DNA of 64,000 nucleotides from an uncultured bacterium (GTDB lineage Bacteria; Acidobacteriota; Thermoanaerobaculia; Multivoradales; JAHZIX01): NCBI GenBank assembly GCA_965368975.1, contig CBDUPA010000001.1, positions 352,001 to 416,000 of the forward strand, read 5' to 3'. Shown piece by piece: positions 60,458 to 64,000 of this stretch (position 1 is its first letter; each line of letters starts with the position of its first letter). The notes under the pieces were generated by a model. It saw only the letters and a program-made list of their open reading frames with translations, ran no database searches and was not told where the DNA came from. The position numbers and the translations under genes were made by a program.

Positions 60458-60754
60458 GTGAAGTACGTTTTCGAATGGGACCCGGCCAAAGATGACCTCA
60501 ACCGCTCCAAGCACGGTGTAGGGTTTCGCCAAGCGATGAGCGTCTTCAATGACGCCCACGCCTTGACGGTCTACGACGCTGATCACAGCACCGACGAAGA
60601 CAGATGGATCACGCTCGGGCAGACAGATTTCGGTTTGCTGCTCGTGCTGGCTCACACCTTCCGAGAAGCCAGTTCCCGCAAGGCGCTGATCCGAATCATC
60701 TCCGCGCGCCGAGCTACCCGCCGTGAACGGCGGCAATACGAAGAGAGATCATGA
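60458..60754 (+). CDS. brnT: BrnT-family toxin (DUF497)
   Basis: FEWDPAK...NRSKHGVGF...HSTDEDRWITLG...IRIISARRATRRE..QY; AGGAG RBS. Confidence 0.92.
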   Translation: MKYVFEWDPAKDDLNRSKHGVGFRQAMSVFNDAHALTVYDADHSTDEDRWITLGQTDFGLLLVLAHTFREASSRKALIRIISARRATRRERRQYEERS

Positions 60755-60951
60755 GAGACGAGTACGACTTCTCAGCTGCCGAACGTGGCAAGTTCTACCG
60801 TGCGGACGCGGAGTTCGTGAGTCCGGTGTACCTGGATAGCGACGTGCTCAGCTATCTGAGTGCGCGGGCCGAGGCGAAAGGCGTTGAGGTCGATGACTTG
60901 GTCAACGACCTGCTGCGGCAGGACATCGCCCTTGCCGAAGCCATCAAGTAG
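60751..60951 (+). CDS. BrnA-like antitoxin
   Basis: MRDEYDFSAAERGKFY...VYLDSDVLSYL...LVNDLLR; ATGA overlap with brnT. Confidence 0.85.
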   Translation: MRDEYDFSAAERGKFYRADAEFVSPVYLDSDVLSYLSARAEAKGVEVDDLVNDLLRQDIALAEAIK

Positions 60952-60977
60952 TTTGGCCGGGGCCGCCCTCCGCTCTT

Positions 60978-61320
60978 CTAGACAGCCGCGTCGTCCAGCC
61001 ATTCTAGTAACACCGCCACCGTATCCGCGATCCGGGGTCCGCTGCCGGGCAAGCGGTGCAGCAGGTCGAGGCCGTAGAAGGCGGTGATCAGGGCGCGGCC
61101 CAGGCGGTTGGGCTTGACGTCGGGCCGGATCTCGCCCAACTCCTGGGCGCGCTGCAGGGCGCCGACGAAACCCGCTTCCAGCGCCGCCACCTGCCGCTCG
61201 GCGATCGCCAGCACTTCCGGGTCGTCGCGGCTCTCTACCATGGCGGTGACGGACAGGCAACCGCAGCTGGCGCACTCCACCGCCTTGGCGGCGGCGCCGC
61301 GGATCAGGGTACGTAGATTT
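60978..61320 (-). pseudogene. TetR/NemR-like regulator lacking its N-terminal HTH
   Basis: C-terminal-domain features (GCLSV...F...L..AQELGEI...GRALITAFYG) but no MARP/HTH region; divergent from the OYE gene. Confidence 0.7.
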
Positions 61321-61398
61321 GTCCAGCGGAGTCTAGAATGCGGCGCATGGAGAGACGATCCAGCCAGGACGATCAAGGACACCTGGCTTTGCCAAATC

Positions 61399-61414
61399 TA
61401 GAAAGGACGTTCTA
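61399..61414. promoter_or_regulatory. 16-bp palindrome resembling a NemR/TetR operator
   Basis: TAGAA-AGGACG-TTCTA directly abuts the ATG at 61415 and covers the RBS. Confidence 0.55.
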
Positions 61415-62560
61415 ATGTCGACCCCAACCGCGAACACCCCAACCGCGAACACCTCAGTCGCCAACAACCAAGATGCCGCCCTGCTCAGCCCCTTTCAACT
61501 GGGTGACCTCGACCTCGCCAACCGGGTCGTGCTGGCGCCGCTGACGCGCGCCCGTGCCGGTTCCAGTCGTGTCCCCAACGACCTGATGGCCGAGTACTAC
61601 GCCCAGCGCGCCGGTGCCGGCTTGCTGATCTCGGAGGCGACAGCTGTCTCCGAGCAGGGCTACGGCTGGGTCGAAGCGCCGGGCGTCTACACCGATGAGC
61701 AGGCAGAGGGCTGGAAGACCGTGGTCGAAGCGGTGCACGCCAAGGGTGGCAAGATCTTCCTGCAGCTCTGGCATATGGGCCGTGCGTCGCACAGTAGTTT
61801 CCATGGTGGCGAGCTGCCGGTGGCACCGTCGCCGATCAAGATCGAAGGCGAGGGTGTCCATACCCCGAGTGGCAAGCAGCCGCACGAGGTGCCGCGGGCT
61901 TTGGAGACCGAGGAGCTACCTGGAGTCGTGGCCGACTACGTGGCTGCTGCCCGTCGCGCCAAGGCGGCCGGTTTCGACGGTGTCGAGATTCACGCCGCCA
62001 ACGGCTACCTACTCGACCAGTTCTTGCAGTCCAAGACCAACCAGCGCACGGACGCGTACGGCGGCAGCGTCGAGAACCGATTCCGGCTGCTGCGCGAGAT
62101 CGTCGAGGGCGTCTCAGAGGTCTTGGGAGCCGGAAGAGTCGGCGTTCGACTGGCGCCCAACGGCGCCTTCAACGACATGGGTTCGCCCGACTTCCGCGAG
62201 ACCTTCCTCTACGTCGCCGAGCAACTCGACGCCTACGACCTGGCCTACCTGCACGTCATGGACGGCCTCGCCTTCGGCTTCCACGAACAGGGCGAGCCGC
62301 TGACCCTCGCCGAGCTGCGCAAGGTCTTCCACGGCCCGCTGATGGGCAACTGCGGCTACGACCAGGACAGCGCCGAAGCCGCCATCGCCAACGGCGACAC
62401 CGACCTGATCGCCTTCGGTCGTCCCTTCCTGGCCAACCCGGACCTGGTCGACCGCTTCCGCAACGGCTGGCCGCTGGCGCCGGTGCCGGATACCTCCACC
62501 TGGTACTTCGGCGGCGGTGGCGAAGGCTACACGGACCATCCGAACTACCAGGAGCAGTAG
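61415..62560 (+). CDS. nemA: Old Yellow Enzyme alkene reductase (N-ethylmaleimide reductase-like)
   Basis: NRVVLAPLTRAR, YYAQRA, LQLWHMGR, GFDGVEIHAANGYLLDQFL, YGGSVENR, AFGRPFLANPDLV. Confidence 0.92.
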   Translation: MSTPTANTPTANTSVANNQDAALLSPFQLGDLDLANRVVLAPLTRARAGSSRVPNDLMAEYYAQRAGAGLLISEATAVSEQGYGWVEAPGVYTDEQAEGWKTVVEAVHAKGGKIFLQLWHMGRASHSSFHGGELPVAPSPIKIEGEGVHTPSGKQPHEVPRALETEELPGVVADYVAAARRAKAAGFDGVEIHAANGYLLDQFLQSKTNQRTDAYGGSVENRFRLLREIVEGVSEVLGAGRVGVRLAPNGAFNDMGSPDFRETFLYVAEQLDAYDLAYLHVMDGLAFGFHEQGEPLTLAELRKVFHGPLMGNCGYDQDSAEAAIANGDTDLIAFGRPFLANPDLVDRFRNGWPLAPVPDTSTWYFGGGGEGYTDHPNYQEQ

Positions 62561-62590
62561 GACGGCGCCGCGGCTTGAACTGCTGGCTCG

Positions 62591-63304
62591 TCAATCGACC
62601 TCGAGTCGCCAGGTGGGTGCGGGCCCAGCGCTCTCGGATAGGCCTTCCTCGGATTGGCCTTCTTCAGACGGAGCGCTCGTGGGTGGGTGGAAGACCGTCT
62701 GGAATTGCCCCTCATCGTCCCGAATCATTTCTAGCTGCAGGTGCAGCTTCCACGATCCTCGGCCGAACCGGTCCTTGTCGAGTTGCACTTCCCGGCCTTC
62801 AGAGTACGCCCAGGTACGCTGGAGCTCACCTTCCTCATCCTGTCGGTACGCTGTTGTCGCGGCGTTGGCAAACCAACCGTGGGTCGTGCCCCAGATCGGG
62901 CTGGCTGCATCCTGCGGCGCCTCGTCAGGGAAGTCGGCACGCCACTCGCCCAGCTGTGCTGAAACGTGCAGGTTGACCGCGTCCTCCAGGCCCGGTGCTT
63001 CGATGCGCAGGTCGATGGTGCCCATGCTCTCCTCTGGCAGCGCCAGGCACAGCCACACATAGGCAGCGTCTTGGAACGTCCAGAGCGTGACATCGTGCGG
63101 CAGCTCTGTGGACTGGGCACTCAGGTCGGCGTATTCGTCACAGCGACCGTCGAACAAGGGGTACCCTTGCTGGATGGTGACCTGCAGATCCGGATCATCC
63201 GGTGCCTTGGGTGCTTGGCAGCCGATAGCAGTTACCAAGCTGCCGACGAGGAGCCATGAGGAAGCAAAGACGAGAGCGGTTCGGCGACTAGGATCCAGGG
63301 GCAT
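62591..63304 (-). CDS. Hypothetical lipoprotein
   Basis: Hydrophobic segment ending VTAIGC (lipobox-like); PLFDGRCDEY carbohydrate-binding/DOMON-like start; start codon uncertain (63304-63316). Confidence 0.6.
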   Translation of the reverse strand: MPLDPSRRTALVFASSWLLVGSLVTAIGCQAPKAPDDPDLQVTIQQGYPLFDGRCDEYADLSAQSTELPHDVTLWTFQDAAYVWLCLALPEESMGTIDLRIEAPGLEDAVNLHVSAQLGEWRADFPDEAPQDAASPIWGTTHGWFANAATTAYRQDEEGELQRTWAYSEGREVQLDKDRFGRGSWKLHLQLEMIRDDEGQFQTVFHPPTSAPSEEGQSEEGLSESAGPAPTWRLEVD

Positions 63305-63600
63305 GATGTTCCTCACTAGTTGACACGATGGATGTTGGACTAGCTCCTAGTACGCATGGCACCTGAAGATGGTTTGGAGTCTTGTGCGAAGAACCAGAGT
63401 GTGCCGGGATCCAGATCCTGACTGCGGGCGAGTGACCGCGACTGAACGCAGTGTCAGCCGTCCCAAGGGTTGATCAGGCTGAGCCCCATATCTTGAGAGT
63501 GGCGCGTGTTGCGACTGGCGAGGGCTGCTGCCCGTCTGGCCGAGCAGATGCGGCGCTGCACGGCTCGTCGGTGTGTTGATCGGTGCACTAGAATTGACAG

Positions 63601-64000
63601 ATGGACCTGACCTCGATTTTCACCAAGGTATTGGACGGTGATACGCAGAGTATCTTTCTGCTCGTTAGTGCCTATGCCTTCGCCGTCTGCCTCTACTCAT
63701 TCGTCTATCAGCGTCGTGTCAGTTCCTGGCCCAGCGTGCGCGGACGCCTTCTGCGATCGGAAGTCGCGAAGTCGGGTGGTACCGAGTGGGCAAGGTCGGA
63801 CCAGGAGTACGTGGCGGACGCGCTCTACGAGTACGAGGTCGATGGCGAGGCACACAGGGGGCGGCGAATTTCAGCCTGGGTTGTCGTGGCTTCACACAAC
63901 CTGCGGAGTGTTCTCGAAGCCCAGCTGAAAGAGATCACCCAGTATGACGACGGGAGCGTCGCGGTCTTCTACAACCCGAAGAAGCCTGCCAAGAGCTTGC
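63601..64000 (+). CDS. DUF3592-family membrane protein (partial, runs off window end)
   Basis: Manual translation MDLTSIFTK...TM...SSWPSVRGRLL...YEYEVDGEAHRG...VAVFYNPKKPAKS; not in the ORF track. Confidence 0.75.
   Translation, partial: MDLTSIFTKVLDGDTQSIFLLVSAYAFAVCLYSFVYQRRVSSWPSVRGRLLRSEVAKSGGTEWARSDQEYVADALYEYEVDGEAHRGRRISAWVVVASHNLRSVLEAQLKEITQYDDGSVAVFYNPKKPAKSL

Overview
High-GC bacterial chromosomal window. The gene content (IPTL-CTERM proteins, ASPIC/UnbV paralogs, sulfatase-TPR, C-terminal F-x-D-x-F-E-x-G tags) suggests Acidobacteriota such as Thermoanaerobaculia, which is inference only. Housekeeping anchors are purB, rlpA and leuA-leuC-leuD-leuB. Between them lie many secreted proteins: five protease families, two beta-propeller repeat proteins, four CRTAC1/ASPIC-UnbV paralogs and two IPTL-CTERM paralogs. 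There are four accessory or decayed zones. (1) About 4.0-10.2 kb holds a Prim-Pol plus DUF3987 module with a mirrored 9-bp iteron array, an orphan antitoxin, and a SEFIR-Ser/Thr kinase-degenerate M14 fusion protein. (2) About 15.8-18.2 kb is a stretch of deletion scars. (3) About 40.9-44.4 kb looks like an island or prophage remnant with an RHH regulator. (4) About 54-62.6 kb holds a hybrid two-component sensor followed by a signal-peptide-bearing Bin/Tpp (Toxin_10)-like pore-forming protein, then a BrnT/BrnA pair flanked by a duplicated tetR 3' end, and nemA. The top candidates for undescribed systems are the SEFIR-kinase-pseudo-M14 protein and the HTCS-linked Tpp-like toxin. No rRNA, tRNA or CRISPR array was recognised. 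All family assignments come from motif recognition by eye; no searches were run.
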